From NCBI GenBank assembly GCA_046563655.1, contig CM102285.1, forward strand, positions 9,300,001-9,364,000: DNA of 64,000 nt. Reading direction: 5' to 3'. Within the stretch, counting starts at the first letter, position 1, and the number at the start of each line of letters is the position of its first letter. Both the position numbers and the translations under genes were made by a program. This DNA comes from Yuukianura sp. NJ FZ-2021. Lineage: Eukaryota. This document shows positions 1 through 12,225 of the stretch, in pieces. The notes beneath the pieces are model-generated. The model was given only the letters and a program-made list of their open reading frames with translations. It was not told where the DNA came from and ran no database searches.

Positions 1-409
1 CGCCAGGAGGGGTCCGGATTTTGGAGCAAAAATTTGAAAAATCTTGGAGCCTAGATAGTCATTACGGCGTTTCCTGACCGTCTTAATCGTGCTCAAATTG
101 ACTTTCCTTCTCAAAAATCTCAAAATTTCTTGCGCCTTCGGCGCAACAAATCGTTTTCGGGGTGTTTTAGCCTTCTAACCGGGGTCAAGTTAACTTTTAA
201 TCAATGAAATCTCAAAATTTTTTGCACAAATATAGCTTTTGCGGTTAATTTCGTCGCCACGAATACATATTAGCATATCAAAAACGAAATTTTATTTGGC
301 CGGAATATAATTTACGATTTTCCTAAATCCGATGACCGGGGGGGGGGGGGAGGGGTGTAGATCCCCTTCTCAGGGAGGGGTCTGGCGTCGGCGACCTTGC
401 CCAACCGTG
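1..409. mobile_element. Probable MITE/non-autonomous DNA transposon remnant (left end outside the window)
   Basis: GC-rich ends share GGAGGGGTC. CGCCAG at the window start is complementary to CTGGCG near 385. It ends in CCCAACCGTG (a CA..G-type terminus on the minus strand) and carries a GCGCCTTCGGCGC hairpin. The TSD cannot be checked. Confidence 0.35.
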
Positions 410-1301
410 ATGCTTCCATGTTTATTTGGAAGATGCTCTTAAGGGACTTGAAGTTAAGTGCACTTAAGATAAATTAACAACGCCGATGTGGACATGTTCA
501 AAGACAAGTAAATATGGATTGGAAAAGAATTTAAAGGGAGATGAAGGCGTGGGCCGAATGGGTAATAATAGGAGAAAGGTAGTCTGTGTATTAATTATTA
601 GTATAATTAAAATAATTACTACTTTAATTACACTTTGTTTTTCAGTAGGAGAGGGATTTTCTAAGTCTACGCGCCACTTTAAGTCGAATTGGTGTAATAA
701 TTCATGTGAGGCACTGAGGCCTCTGTCATCAGTTGAGAAATGCGGTTTGAATACGAAGAACGGGGAAGAATGATTCATTTTCTTGAAAAAAAAAAATTAA
801 GGTTGCAGAGTTGAAAGATGATTTGGAGGTTGGAGAGAGAATTTATTTGCATAAAATAAGAAAACAAAATGAAAAGAGGAGTATTACATATTTATATTTG
901 CAATTGCAATGTTTTAATTCTTTAAAAACACCGGAGTTATTTTGTGTTTTGGAGAATTTTAAAAGTTGGTTTGGTTTAAAAGGTTGGTTAAAAAAAATTG
1001 AAGCAATTTAAAAGTTAGTTTACCAAAAAAACAGACGATGCTGTATAAAAAAAATTTTCAATTTTCTCAGAATTTGGATTGTTTAGAATTTCGGAATTGC
1101 ATTGATCAAATTCTTTTTATCTTTTTTTGCACTCTGTTCGAATTTTGATGAAAAGATTTTTTTTCTTTTTGAGATTTTATTCTTGTTATGAGAAGTTTCT
1201 AAATCGTCGATTGCCTTTTGGGTGTGCCAACTACTAATTCTGGAGTTGTTGTTTTTCAGGTTATTTTTTGAACAATGCTTTAATTTTGTTTTGTTTTACA
1301 G

Positions 1302-1363
1302 ATGAGCGGGACGCCATTCAGAAGAAAACTTTTACGAAATGGGTGAACAAGCACCTGACCAAG
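1302..1363 (+). CDS. shot: Spectraplakin CH1 exon: (D)ERDAIQKKTFTKWVNKHLTK
   Basis: ttacag|...aag|gtacaa splice sites. The translation is the canonical start of the CH1 actin-binding domain of Shot/MACF1/plectin. Confidence 0.96.
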
Positions 1364-4300
1364 GTACAATGGCGTCATTTCTCTCTTTTCATTTTTCGTT
1401 TTTTGAAGAAGAGGAATTTCGATGTGGAAGTTGAGAACATATAAAACAAGATTAACACTTTGAAAACATGGTGTAAAGGAATTCAGTCCATAATTGTCAC
1501 CTAAGAAGGACCTCCTTTTGCATAATTATTATTTATTAGCCAGAATGTTCGTGTTTTTTGTTTTTTTTTTAGTTGTGGGAAACGGGAGTTAAGAAATAGT
1601 TTTCCGTTTTAAGTTCTTTTGAAATTCTGGAAAGAGAGTCGTAAAAGTCAGTTTCATTGTGAAATTTTTCAGTCACTGTTGTACACATGCTTGAACAGAT
1701 GCGAATAATTGTTGTGATTTATAATTTACACTTGCTGGGTGACTTTTAGAGCTTAAAGTATAACATTTCTAAGAAGTGCAGAGTTAGTTAGAAAAAACAA
1801 GAAAGACAATGAGAAACGGAAATGCAATTTATTCAAGCGGGGAAGAGAGTTTATTCCTTGATTTCCAGAAGTGATTCAGCGATTTTTGTATTTTTTCTAT
1901 TTGAATTTAAATTCACTGCTTGGATTGACTTGACGTTTGTTTGTTGCATGTGCACTTTTTTCTTGGCTGCTTTTCCAATTCCAGCTAACTGTAACCTTAT
2001 ATTTTTCTTCTTGCTCTGCTGAACAATAAGAAAAAGCTGGGTGTTTTTTGTTTAAACTTTTTTTGACATGCGTCTGCTGCGGGTAAATAAAATAGGAAAT
2101 GAATGAACTTCAACTTCAAAGTTCAAATTTTTTGGATCTTCACTTGGGTGGCAAACTTGACACTGATGAATTTACGCTACTATTTATAAAATAAAAGCGA
2201 AGTTGCAGATTTCGTAGAAGTTTTTGAAATTTAATTTTCACTTCGACCGCCGAGCAAAAAAGTGTTGATGATGTTTTCGTTTAGTGTTTCTGAGTTGCAG
2301 TGAATGAGATTACAAATTAGTTTTTAGAACATTTCATAGGTATTATTGAGATCTTATTTTAGACGTGCCGTTAGTTTCCAATTTTGAATTTTATAATCTG
2401 GTTTTTGATATTTTTCAAAATTTAAAGCTCTTTTGCTTAATGGCAGGAGACCTTATGTGGGCAAATGAGGGCGTTGGAACTGTGGTTTAAGCTGAGCTAG
2501 CAATTTTCCAAAGCTTCGTCTAATCTTTTATGCCCATTTTGGCCAATTTTTATCGGCGAGATCTTCAAAACCAAAAGTACGAATCCCTGAGACTAATTTC
2601 AAAGACTCGAAATTCAGAGCAGCTTTTAGTTTTCTATCTGCTGTAGAAGAGCGTAATTGCATTTGCCCATATTTGTCTGTGGAAAGTTCAACTGCACTTT
2701 TCCTAATCTATTTTTAAAACAAAGAAGATGTTGAACTGGATGTGATGCATTCTGCATGGGGTTTGACTTGCTTTTCAAATAAGGAAATTCCAGCTAAATA
2801 GTTGCTGTGTGCAGAGCCAGATTTCTGGCTCTGATGAGTTTAAGATCAATTAAGGAAGATGACAATGATTGAAGGGCACGAACAGGCAATTGACGGCGGT
2901 GGAGGGAGTTTCCAATTTAGCATTTGACAGCATCTGATTTTCAGTTCAACTTTGAAAAAAAAATAGTGCAGTTTAAAAGTCTCACCGTTGCATGTGTAGT
3001 AGAGATCAATTACCAATTGCCTCGCTTAGAACCATATTTAGAAGTTGATGTAATTTCAGTTCTGTTTGCACTTCTCTGGTGGGTTTCGCTCTGTTAGGCA
3101 AAGTTACCGTAATTCACGGCGTATATTTCGCCACCGCGTACACGCTCAACATTGCTGAAACGTTAATCGATTTCTACCGACATCAGTATCAATGTAATTA
3201 CAACTCTCAAAACTAACTTGCGCAAATGGTTTCTGGAGTCAAGTCTGTTGCTGCTAGTTTTGCATTAAAGTTTTTTTTTTTTTTATTTTTGATAAAGTTT
3301 GAGAGATTTAAACTTTAGGGAAAATTTTTTTTGCATTTTGTTGCGAGCGAGAAAAACGTTTTTAAAAAAAAACGTGGGTTATACGCCGTGAAATAGGGTA
3401 ATTTCTTTGCAGAACTAAGCGTTTATTAGCAGCAAGACCGTAGACAAGAAATACAAAGGTAAAATGGAGCCTGTGTTGTTAATTTGTATAGTAAATATTT
3501 AAATAACTTAATTGATATAAATATTTCAGTGGCTTGAGTAGTGCTAAAATAATTTCTACCTTCACTACTTAGCGCTTCCGCGATTGCAGGGTAGGTTTAG
3601 TTCGGTGTCAAGATTTTTTTTAGCTCTGGTTAAGCAACTGATGACGGAAGATTTGCTCGTTAGACATATGCAGAGTTCAGTTTGGCAAAGTTAGCTCATC
3701 AGGCTTTGTTTGACTCATTAAGTTATTTTGTTTTCGTAGAAGCAGAGAATTTTATGATGTAAGGAAAATGTTTTTTGGTGTCACTTCCTTTGTGTCGTCG
3801 CACAAGAGACAATGGGTGAGCTCAACTTACTTGCTTTTTGGACTGAATTTTTTAAAGTGGAAGTCATGGGAGGATGTCACATGAGAAGATTTTCGCTCTA
3901 ATTCTAGAGGTATTGTGATGCATGAAGAGATGAACATGACGAGCTGTAAAAACTGCATTGTTATGTTATTTTTTGATGAGTCAATGCTTGTGAAATTGTG
4001 AAATCCAATTATTTGAATTTTTAAAAGGATCATAATGGGGATGATTTATGTCATTTGGAGTTGGAAGTTTTATGAGGTTGTTAAAATTTGAATCCGAATG
4101 GGAATTGAGGGTGTGAATTTGAGTGGTAACATGATTTGATTTCGAAATTTCGAAATGGGAATGAATGAAATTTTGAAAAGAGGTTCTCTCCACGTGTTTG
4201 TCGTAGGCGGCATGAGTAGTGTTTCCAATTGGAAAGTTAATTTCGACCTCATTTTGTGTCTTTTGTTGTTGGTATTTATTGGGGAGTTGAGTGCGTAGGT

Positions 4301-4741
4301 AACAATGGCTTCCTTGAGATTTGGGAGGGACTGTGTACGTTGTGGGCTAATGGCACCGAGGTGAAATGCGTGTAAAGTGCGAAGTGTGGGCGGTAGCCAT
4401 AGCTCCTTGTGAGGAAGTTTTAGCGCTGAGTGGGGGAGGAGAGAAAATTGATAATTGATCTCAATTTGCTATCAAACAATGCGATGATTTTGATGTATTT
4501 TGAGTTTGCGAAAAAAAAATTTCTTATTGAATGAGCTATTGTAAAAAAAAAAAAATGGCAATTGGTGACGTTCGAAGCAATGAATTATGCTGCGACTTCC
4601 GATTTTTACAAAAAAAAAGCTGGAAATGATTGTGCACTTTCAAAGCTGAAACTAACTTGCTTTACTCTTTTTCTTTTTAACTAATGCTGCCGCTGTGTTT
4701 TCTGGACACTTTACTAATTTCTATGCTGAACCATGCTTCAG

Positions 4742-4759
4742 GATTGGAGACGAGCCAAG
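4742..4759 (+). CDS. shot: Candidate 18-nt cassette microexon DWRRAK within CH1
   Basis: atgcttcag|GATTGGAGACGAGCCAAG|gtaggt; phase 0/0 and frame-preserving. TACTAAT branch-point-like sequence at ~4712. Same position as the short Trp-containing insert of plectin exon 2alpha. Confidence 0.75.
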
Positions 4760-5705
4760 GTAGGTTTTTATCAATGCAATGGCAAAAATACAAAAATATA
4801 AAATACCAAAAAATATCCCGGATATGTAGAGAAACGAAAGTAAATTTTGAATTATGGACACCTAAATTAAAGAAATTTTTCATCAAAAATTTTTTGGTCG
4901 AGAAAAAACTTCTCCTTCACGCGAAACTTCTCTATCATTGTTTCATTCCGTTCGAAAAAATTTAATGAATTGAAATATGAAAAAACGAATTGTGAAGTTC
5001 GAAGAATTGGAATTTGCGTGTCCTAATATTGTTCCATCGTTTTCTTGTCTCCTCTCTAGACATATTTATGCTTCCATGTTTGTAAAGGATCGTGTATTTG
5101 CGATACCTTAGTCGTAAGTCAAGAAAATTCATATTTAGTAAAAACGTAGTTCAGCTTCGCTAAATTTTTTGTTGTTCTATCGATATTTAGTTTGGTTTTG
5201 CATTTCATTGTGTCCAGTTCAGCCTTCGTTCAATTCAGTTAATTGTCTTTACATTTGTCGTGACTCAATGATATAAACCATAGCCTTTGCTTTCGCTGCA
5301 TAGTACAAATTTTAATTTTTATAAAGTTATGAGAAGGTTAAGTGTTTAGCTTGGTTTTCGGGCGTTGCATTTTCGACATTTAATTTTCGCTATGTTTGCA
5401 GTTTGGCATTACTTTTTTTTTTAAATATAATTTTATTGGAGACGATTAGTGAGGATTTTATTTTAGACGGACCATTTTCAAAGAAACGCAGCATATAAGA
5501 CGCAGTGCGAAAAACTCGTTTCCATTTTCTTTACTTCACGCTCTCCAGGCATGCGGATTTTGAATTACGTTATGTCTATGTGTTGATTCGCCGATAGATT
5601 TCTGCTGGTCCAGGTCGTTTGTAAAATGGATTCTGTTCTAGTATCGACTGGACAAATTTTCTCACGCTTTGGTAATTATTTTTATGGATTTGTTGTTTGT
5701 TGCAG

Positions 5706-5795
5706 TGTGGGAAGCGAGTTGGCGACCTGTTTGAAGATCTCCGAGATGGCCATAATCTGGTATCCCTCTTGGAAGTCCTTTCTGGAGAGCATCTG
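5706..5795 (+). CDS. shot: Spectraplakin CH1 exon: [30 protein letters not shown]
   Basis: ttgcag|...ctg|gtaagt; 90 nt; [11 protein letters not shown]1 signature. Confidence 0.97.
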
Positions 5796-5899
5796 GTAAG
5801 TCATGTCACTCTGACATTTATTGCGAAATGCTGTCACGAACTTTCTCTGACAACGACAAACAAGCTTAATTGGCATTTCTAACTTTCTTCTTTTCTTAG

Positions 5900-5977
5900 C
5901 CCCGTGAGAGAGGTCGGATGAGATTCCACATGCTACAAAATGTTCAAACTGTCCTCGACTTCCTACGATACAGAAAG
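5900..5977 (+). CDS. shot: Spectraplakin CH1 exon: PRERGRMRFHMLQNVQTVLDFLRYRK
   Basis: tcttag|...aag|gtatct; 78 nt, in frame with neighbouring exons. Confidence 0.97.
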
Positions 5978-6138
5978 GTATCTAACAATATATATCCGTT
6001 TTTTTTTTCTCAAAACTGGATTTTTTCTAAAACTGCTCTTTGAAAAACTGGATTTTTGGAAAAAAAAAACTTTTCTTTGAAAGACGAGCTTTGAACATTA
6101 TACTGCGATGAATTACATAATATTTTATTTGTTTTCAG

Positions 6139-6231
6139 ATTAAACTGGTGAACATTAGAGCTGAGGAAATTGTTGACGGGAACCCAAAGCTCACACTCGG
6201 TTTGATATGGACCATCATTCTGCACTTCCAG
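6139..6231 (+). CDS. shot: Spectraplakin CH1 exon: [31 protein letters not shown]
   Basis: tttcag|...cag|gtcaga; 93 nt; actinin-type actin-binding signature. Confidence 0.97.
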
Positions 6232-6490
6232 GTCAGACAAATTATTTTCACATTACTCTCGCTACTTATCAATCGCTGGTTTAGATGTTCTTCGAATTCT
6301 ACTTCGAATCTTCTCAGTGTTTAAATGCACAAAATTTGATTTCATTATTTTTTTTATCTGAGTTATTAGTGTTTTGGTTGAATTACACATTGAACGTGTT
6401 CCTGTGCAGAGATCATTTTGGGGATTTTGGTTTAAATTTTGTTTTGATCTCTGATTGATTACTAATTCAATTGCAAATGTAGCCCACAAT

Positions 6491-7064
6491 GAGTCCACGT
6501 CATTACATCAGTTCAATTACATAAGTGGCAATTATATAAGTGACAAAGACATCAGTGTCAATTACATCAGTAGGGCATTTACATCAGTAGTACAATTACA
6601 TCCAACGCATTTACATCAGTGGCAATTACATCAGTACTACAATTACATCCAGAGCAATTATATAAGTTGGAATTAAACAATTGTATTTAAGTAATAAAGC
6701 TTTTAAAATTAATTACTTGTAGAATTTTACTTGGTGAAATTCAGTTTGTAGGCTACTAGCCTAAAAACTGAGTTGCTACTACTAACCCAACATGAGTAAT
6801 TAAACTAAAATTCTGAAAAATTCTAAACCAGCGAGACGCAATCACTATTGCGAACTTCAAAAAACCTAACCGCGCCTTCGGCGCGGAAAACTAGAACCAC
6901 TTGTGTTGTAACTTGATAACTGATGTAAATGCTCTGGATGTAATTGCCATACTGATGTAATTGTAACTGATGTAAATGCTTTGGATGTAATTGTACTACT
7001 GGTGTGTTTGCAGTACTGATGTAATTGTCACTTACGTAATTGAACTGATGTAATGACGTGCTAC
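6491..7064. mobile_element. Mutator/foldback-like MITE with 9-bp TSD
   Basis: Direct repeat GCCCACAAT at 6482-6490 and 7065-7073. Inverted termini CACGTCATTACATCAGTTCAATTAC..., with arms built of iterated ATTACATCAGT-type motifs in opposite orientation on each side. Confidence 0.85.
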
Positions 7065-9121
7065 GCCCACAATTTCAGTAATGGTTGTCTCTTGACCTTC
7101 GCATGTAATTTCCAGTGACCTTAATTGTTTCGTTTACGGCGGGATGAACCATGGGAAATACTGCTAGAGTATTAGGTTAGAGGCTAAACGTGTAATTGAG
7201 CTAAATGGAAGTGGGCTAATAGGAAGAGGCGTGTTACGCACACCGACTCTCAATTTCATTTTAAATTACATCTTGGGGAGCAGTGTAGGTGGTTATTTTC
7301 CAGCTTTTTTTTGACAGAAGCTCACGCAAACCAAAGCATGACACTTCTGTCCTTGGGCAGGATTCAACTGACGGGAGCTTTGATTGCGAGTGAAAGTATA
7401 AACAAATCCTGTAGTGGAAATCCAAATATACCTACAGGAAAGGGAAGTTTGGAAAATCTCATAATTGCAAGCGCGAGTCGCGATGGAAATTGCTTTTCAC
7501 TTGGGATTGGGTTGAAGTTTAGGCTTAGCACAAAAAATGAACAAGCAAGTTTGTTTCTGTGAATAAGTTGATTGGATTTGTTGCATTTGACTTGCAAATC
7601 TTAACTTTTCTTGGACATCATATGGCTGGAAGAATGTCATCTTGCTCGAGGGCTTGAGAGTTGAGTTTTGTGAAGAAACATATAAATTATGCAATTTGGT
7701 GACGAGATGATATTAGAGGGAGGACAAAAGAAACTTTTAAGTAGATTTAGACACGGATCTGTAACTGTCAAAATTAGGGTGGACCGCCTTCCTGTGTCTG
7801 TGTGGAAAGTTACGATTTAAGGTTTAACTTTTCGTTGAAATTCCTGCTGCGACAACTTTCCGAGATGCTGCTCTACTTAATGAATTCGTTTGGCTCAAAG
7901 GAAGTGTGGATTTTGAACAAAAGAATCAGTGAGTACTGCGTGACACTTGAACAATCAAAAGTTAAGTGGGATTTACACCCTGCGTCCAGGAATTGTTTAA
8001 CGTAAAATGAGTTATTGTTATTTTTCCAATTAATCTCAAGGACTGTTGAATTTGCCTGGTAGGGGATTCATATTTAAATTTCATTTCATTAACTTTGCGA
8101 ATTATTGCTATTTTTTTTGTACTTTTTAGTAAAACAAAGGAATTTGAAATCGAAATCTGTGATAAATACGGCTTAAATTGGAATTTATGATATGAGACCA
8201 ATTCCGATGGACTTTGGAGTTAATAGGTCTAATGTCATCATTGCCATTGCGGTACTGTCATATCGACTTCGGTTTTGTCAAAGATTCAAAGGTCGGCACT
8301 TTGCAATCTCCCAATCTCCGCTCTTTCTAATTCCTTTTTTGCAGAAACAATGGCTTAAACACATCCTTAAAAGTGACTAGGAAGAAAAAAAAAATTTTTT
8401 TGGCAAGGTTTTTGAAAAAAAAATTAATTTTTTTTCTAGATCCGAAAACATACCGGTCCGTCCGGTTTGAAATTTTCAAAAAAAAAATTCACTAAAACAT
8501 CGTTCTATGGTGTGAAAATAACTTTTAAGTGGGTTTGGGACAAAAGGGAAAAATTTTTCTTAATGGGAAGGGTCCCCCGTTCCCTTCATTTTCGAAAAGT
8601 TGAAAAACGATTAAGTCCAAAAACATGCAACGGGGGGACCCTTCCCATCAAAACATTTGTTTTCGCAGAAAACGTGTGGAAAGGACTTAAAACGTCATAA
8701 AAAGTGATTAGGAAGAATTTTTTTTATGGTATTGCTCAAAAGATGATGGCTTGCAGCAAGGGGAGCGGAGCTAAAATGCCGAGCTAATGAGACGAGGTGT
8801 GAGAGTGTGATGCTTAGCAAAAGGTGGTAACACTTATTCCCGAATTTATAAAATGTAGAGCACGGAAAATCGACAAGAGGGAATTGGTGATAAAAAGTAC
8901 TGTGAATTACGAAGTGTATTTTTCATACTTCCAATCTTCCAATGTCACTGGGCTAAAATGATATAGTCAATGACAGGAGACAGGGGAAGGTAAAAGTATT
9001 GAAAGTTGCGATTGCACGTACTAGTTGGTTGCAATTTGCAAATAATACTTAACCACTTGGGCAAAAGTATTTCTAGGGTTGTACCTAACCGTAACCGGTA
9101 TACCTGTTTCAGAATCTAATT

Positions 9122-9155
9122 TCAGTTAGGTTTGATAGAACCAAGTGTAAAGTTA
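9122..9155 (+). promoter_or_regulatory. Putative Inr+DPE core promoter for alternative first exon 1
   Basis: TCAGTT (A+1=9124), G at +24, and AGTTA matching RGWYV exactly at +28..+32 (9151-9155). It lies 365 nt upstream of ATG 9489. Confidence 0.5.
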
Positions 9156-9488
9156 GCAACAGTTTTGGCAATATCTAAAATTAGGTTGTGTTGATTTTTA
9201 ACGCTTAATTTGAAAGCGTACTTCGGCCTTGCGTTAATTGACACAAGTTGCAAAAACAAAAGGAGAAGCTTGTGTTTACTTTGGCGGAAGACTGATTAAG
9301 CATCTTTTCCTTATTAACGTAACTTGTGAAGTGGATTGTAAATTTGCAGTTCTACTTTTCGCGATAAGTTTTGCAAAGTGAGTTGTAGTTTTGGCAGTGA
9401 GATCAATCAAGAGCGTCGGTCGGTGTCACAATCTTCGGGGGATGCCATCCGAATCAATAGGCTAGGTTGTTTTTGTTAAGTTTTCTCC

Positions 9489-9923
9489 ATGAGTGGCAGA
9501 GGAGGAATGTCCAGGAACTTGGGTCACTTGTATGCCCTGTTTCTGGGCAGAAGACGTCGGACAGTGACAGGTCCCGTGTCAAGTTCAGCGACTGTGTGTG
9601 ACCTGGGATCTTCCGGGAGACGAAGCGAAGTTAGGCCGCAAGTGACACCGATTGACCCACATCCACCACTGCCACCTCCGCCGCTTACGTTGAAAGAGCC
9701 TGGCACTGATAGTGGATCGACTGAAGGTGTGAAAAGTGAAGTGTCTGAAAGTGGTGACAGAGATAGGGATGGCAGTGGAGAATGGAAAAGTTACGGAAAA
9801 CATTTTGGATTGGGAGTCCTTGGAGGAGGGATACTCACAGCATCTTTGGTTAATTCACTTAACGATGACCAACAATCTTGTGCTGCTGAGGAGCAACTTT
9901 CTTGCGAAGCTTCAGATGGCAGA
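9489..9923 (+). CDS. shot: Alternative first coding exon 1 (145 aa) of a CH1-less spectraplakin isoform
   Basis: In-frame TAA at 9477-9479 precedes the ATG. GC-richer, coding-like ORF. The donor aga|gtaggt after codon 145 is phase 0, compatible with the ISDIVVG exon at 14984. Confidence 0.7.
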
Positions 9924-11354
9924 GTAGGTCTTTACAACATTTTAGCAAGTTTATTGCTTTACTTAGCTCAAACTTTGTGTACTCGTCATGTCAGTGGCTT
10001 CTTCATTTTTTTTTTCACTTTTGTCTTGTGTATTTTTGAAGACGTCTTCACGTGAACTTTTTTTTTTGCAATCCATTTTATATGGAATTTGATCCGAAAT
10101 TTATAGAGTGGATGTTAATTATTTTTGAATTTGAAGTTTTTACGGTTTTGGGTTTAATTGCCATGAAAGTTTCTGGACTATAGCGATGAACTTACACTTC
10201 CTGACTTCCTGGTTTGTTGTCGATAATTTACTTGATGCATTCTGTATTGTTTTAGTATCTGTACATTGGTTGCACTGCACTAAATTATAAGAGAGTTCTG
10301 AGAGATTGGATGTGTAACGAGATCATAAAGTAAAAACACATCTTGAAGAACGAGATTGCTTGCCAATTGCTGAGAATGTGGTTTTGTAAGGTTGGTGTTT
10401 GGAAATTGTCATAATTTTCAATTCCATCCAAATTAGTTTTACAGAATTTGGAAGAGATTGTTGTAGTACAGTTGAGGTTAAAGGTCACTCATAAATTCCT
10501 GTGCTTTGGGTTGAACTACTTTTAGGAAATGTAGTTTCCGCATGCATTGGTGAAGAGAAGATGGTAGATTGATTGTAAATATGATTTCAAAAATTTTGAA
10601 AAACGGGAATTGTGAGACCGGGAGGGGAGAGACAAAACGAAATAATTTTTATGTTGAATTCCTACCTACGAACTACTTAAGACGGAATAAAGGTGGATAG
10701 TTTTGTTACGTGTGGTTTTTATGGCTTGGATGAGAGTGACCGCAGAGTGTGTAACAATCGGCAACAAGAGTCATTGCACTCTCTGTCTTTATAAGAAAAC
10801 ATTTGTGCACATTCTATTTCTTCTTCTTCCTTCTTGGATTGGCTTCAATTACAGTCATCTTCATTTTGCAAAAACTCTGCACGGATGCCCTTGGAAAATG
10901 TTTCAGCTTAAGTGTCATGCTCCCCTGATCAATGACGAATTAGATTTGTGCTGGATTAGGGGTTTCAATGACATCAAAGTGCATCGGAGGGTTAATAGCC
11001 GGTTTTAGAGGCATTGAATTCGGCCCCTGGGTTATGATTATGTAGTAGGATTAGGTTAGGCTTAGGTTTTTACTATGAATTTTAGACAGTTTGGACTTAA
11101 ATTGCAAGTTGTAGATGATCGTGGTTGAATTAAAGCGAAGTTATAATAATTGAAAAGATGAGTAACTATTAAAAATTTAAGAAGTGGAGCGTGTAGGGAG
11201 AATTTTCAGTTTAAAAAGTGAGGGTGGAGTATGATGTAAGAAGAATGAATAGAATATTGTTATTGTTATGTGGAGGGGGAAGATGCCTGTAAGCTGTGGG
11301 AATATTTTGTATTGTTATACTAGTACTTATTCACCTGTTGCAGTCCCCCACAGC

Positions 11355-12225
11355 CAGAGGTGGTAGCCTGCAGGTAAACCTGCGCAGGTTGCAGGCCAAC
11401 CTGCAGCACGTGCAGGCGGGCTCAACCTGCGGTGGATTTTTGCAGGCTACAGGCGTGCAGGTTTTTATTTGGAAATGTTGCAGGCGAGCGGGTTCAGCCT
11501 GCAATGCTCTGCAGGCGCCTGCAATCCTCTGCAGGCGCCTGCGGACTTGGCATGCAGGCTGCGGGTTGTGATTTTTTGAGAGTTTTATTCTCAGAAATTT
11601 CAAGAAAAGATAGAAACGAATAGAAAAATTACTTCGGAATGTTGAAGAATTAAAGTCAATGGAACTAATGCAAACTTTTTGCTGCACATTAGTTGCACTA
11701 TAGGGCTTTTAAACAATAAATAATGATTCCGGAGGCAGAAGAAATATGGTTAAGTAAAGTTGGCGTTACACTTACACGTGTAGACAACGCAAAATTTGAC
11801 AGTATAACTTTTGCGGATTTTTTATGTGCAAGGATCATGAATTTTTAAAAGTTAAACAAACCAAAAGTAAGGTAGCAGTGTCGCAAACAATTTATTACTA
11901 GGAATTTTTCTCCCTACGTGTTTGGAAAGGACAACCGACAGATAATCGAGGGTGATTGAGTAATTGCCATTATACGCAAACGAATTTACGCAGTAGTTGT
12001 AAGTGTATATTAAAATTTTCGCAGATTACAGTTCGTATAAAAAATTGCAGGCTAACTGCAGGCAGCCTGCGCAGGCTGCAGGCTGGCCTGCCAAAGAGCC
12101 TTGCAGGTGCAGGCGTGCAGGCTGCCGATTTTCGATAATTTTGCAGGCTGCAGGCGTGCAGGCTAAAAATTCCTGCAGTGCAGGCGGGGCAGGTTGGGGA
12201 AAATAGTTGCAGGCTACCACCTCTG
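11355..12225. mobile_element. hAT-type MITE, 871 bp
   Basis: 18-bp TIR CAGAGGTGGTAGCCTGCA; 8-bp TSD CCCACAGC (11347-11354, 12226-12233); dense subterminal TGCAGG/CCTGCA repeats; AT-rich core. Confidence 0.92.

Noticed and set aside
464..1011. Short ORFs of 66-104 aa
   Set aside because: AT-rich intronic sequence with no recognisable protein features.
3413..3468. Possible extra small exon ending caaag|gtaaaa
   Set aside because: The candidate acceptors give non-frame-preserving lengths or an in-frame stop.
8367..8725. Direct repeat AAAAGTGAyTAGGAAGAA with an internal ~20-bp inverted repeat (8563-8581 / 8629-8648)
   Set aside because: Probably a degenerate interspersed repeat, but no termini or TSD could be defined.
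9924..10055. Hydrophobic C-terminal extension of the 188-aa ORF as a transmembrane tail
   Set aside because: It lies after a good donor (aga|gtaggt), and its hydrophobicity comes from T-rich intron sequence.
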